From Lytechinus pictus (lineage: Eukaryota), in assembly GCF_037042905.1 (NCBI RefSeq), contig NC_087263.1:10232001-10296000 (forward strand): DNA of 64,000 bases, given 5' to 3'. Below the pieces are notes generated by a model, which had not been told where the DNA came from, did no database searches, and saw only the letters and a program-made list of their open reading frames with translations. Shown piece after piece: positions 63,056 through 64,000 of this stretch. The position numbers and the translations under genes were made by a program. Within the stretch, counting starts at the first letter, position 1. Each line of letters opens with the position of its first letter.

Positions 63056-63929
63056 GGTTAAACACACATCTCAAGGAGAACATCATCTGAATCGCCGATG
63101 ATTATTCATATGGTAGCGGTCTCCAGCATTTTTTTTTTGTCTACTCAACAAAGTACAACTTATAATATTGCAAACTAATACTATCTATATACATTTTTGC
63201 AAATGAATGATTATTATTTTTTTTTTTGTACAAAGAAATGAATCACTATTTTTTTTCTTTATGTTGTACATTATGTTTGTTAATTATTTCTGTTGGAAAA
63301 ATGCTGAAATAAAATCAAATCAAATATACATTATGTTTTGTACAATATTGTGAATTTGTACACTTTATTTTTAAATGTCAGAAGAAAAATAAAGTACACT
63401 TTGGTTGAATTGTATGAAAATTTTATTCATATTATTACTTTTTTTGTGTATTTATTTATTTATTTATTATTATGATGATGATGATTACTATTATTATTAT
63501 CATCCCTTTTTTGCTGAGGGGGGGGGGGGGTAGTCAACTCTTTATTGTTGACAATCCCCTTCATCGGGGATCGTTCCATCACAATTACCCGGGTGTTATC
63601 TTTTTTAAAGAAACGTACATATTATGATAGCTATGAAAGGAAGAGAGCATTCATTATAAAGAAAAATGCAAATCTGTCATTTTCTATTTATTAAAAAAAA
63701 ATTGACATTTTTATTTGGAAAATTAATTTTGTGATACATTTTGGTAATATACTTAGAAAATATAATCTTTACCTTTGTTTTCCGTATTTTTTTGTTGTCT
63801 TAGAAATTTATGGGGGCCGTGGTCCATGGTGTGACGCCTATGTAACGGCCTTTCACACTCTAACAAACCTTCGGAATATTGAACCTTTGGTACAATGAAT
63901 AACGAGCTAAAACAAAATCAAATACTCAC

Positions 63930-64000
63930 ATTGAAGAAAAGGGAGACAGATCAGATGTCTTGATAAGAACACTCTCCCTCTGCTACCCTAGAGATGTCCA
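63930..64000 (-). other. Probable 5' exon of the SLC1A gene (UTR plus AT of a split start codon), running off the window
   Basis: Minus strand ...CTTCAAT|gtgagt consensus donor. Splicing to the acceptor at 59551 gives in-frame ATG-ATG-GAG. Confidence 0.5.

Overview
AT-rich, repeat-dense animal genomic DNA. The multi-SRCR receptor, EGF+FAMeT gene and repeat families suggest an echinoderm, probably a sea urchin (inference). I reconstructed three spliced genes by hand from GT-AG sites and reading-frame phase. (1) A complete + strand type-I membrane scavenger receptor (535..13780, ~792-800 aa): CCAAT/TATA promoter, signal peptide, six single-exon SRCR domains, S/T stalk, TM helix and short tail. 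(2) A - strand secreted protein (35192..23271, ~270 aa): signal peptide, degenerate C-type-lectin-like remnant, EGF, and a farnesoic-acid-O-methyltransferase-like (FAMeT) domain. (3) A - strand SLC1A/EAAT glutamate-aspartate transporter (59551..38917, ~560 aa), with a probable first exon at the window end. Introns and spacers hold non-autonomous DNA transposons, tRNA-derived SINEs, LINE remnants and satellites. The most unusual features are a SINE-like element with a 7SL/Alu-domain head (62601..62782), a 4-kb TAG-terminated foldback transposon carrying a promoter and first exon inside SLC1A intron 1, and a duplication-plus-deletion scar around SLC1A exon 4. All coordinates and family assignments were read by eye; no database searches were run.
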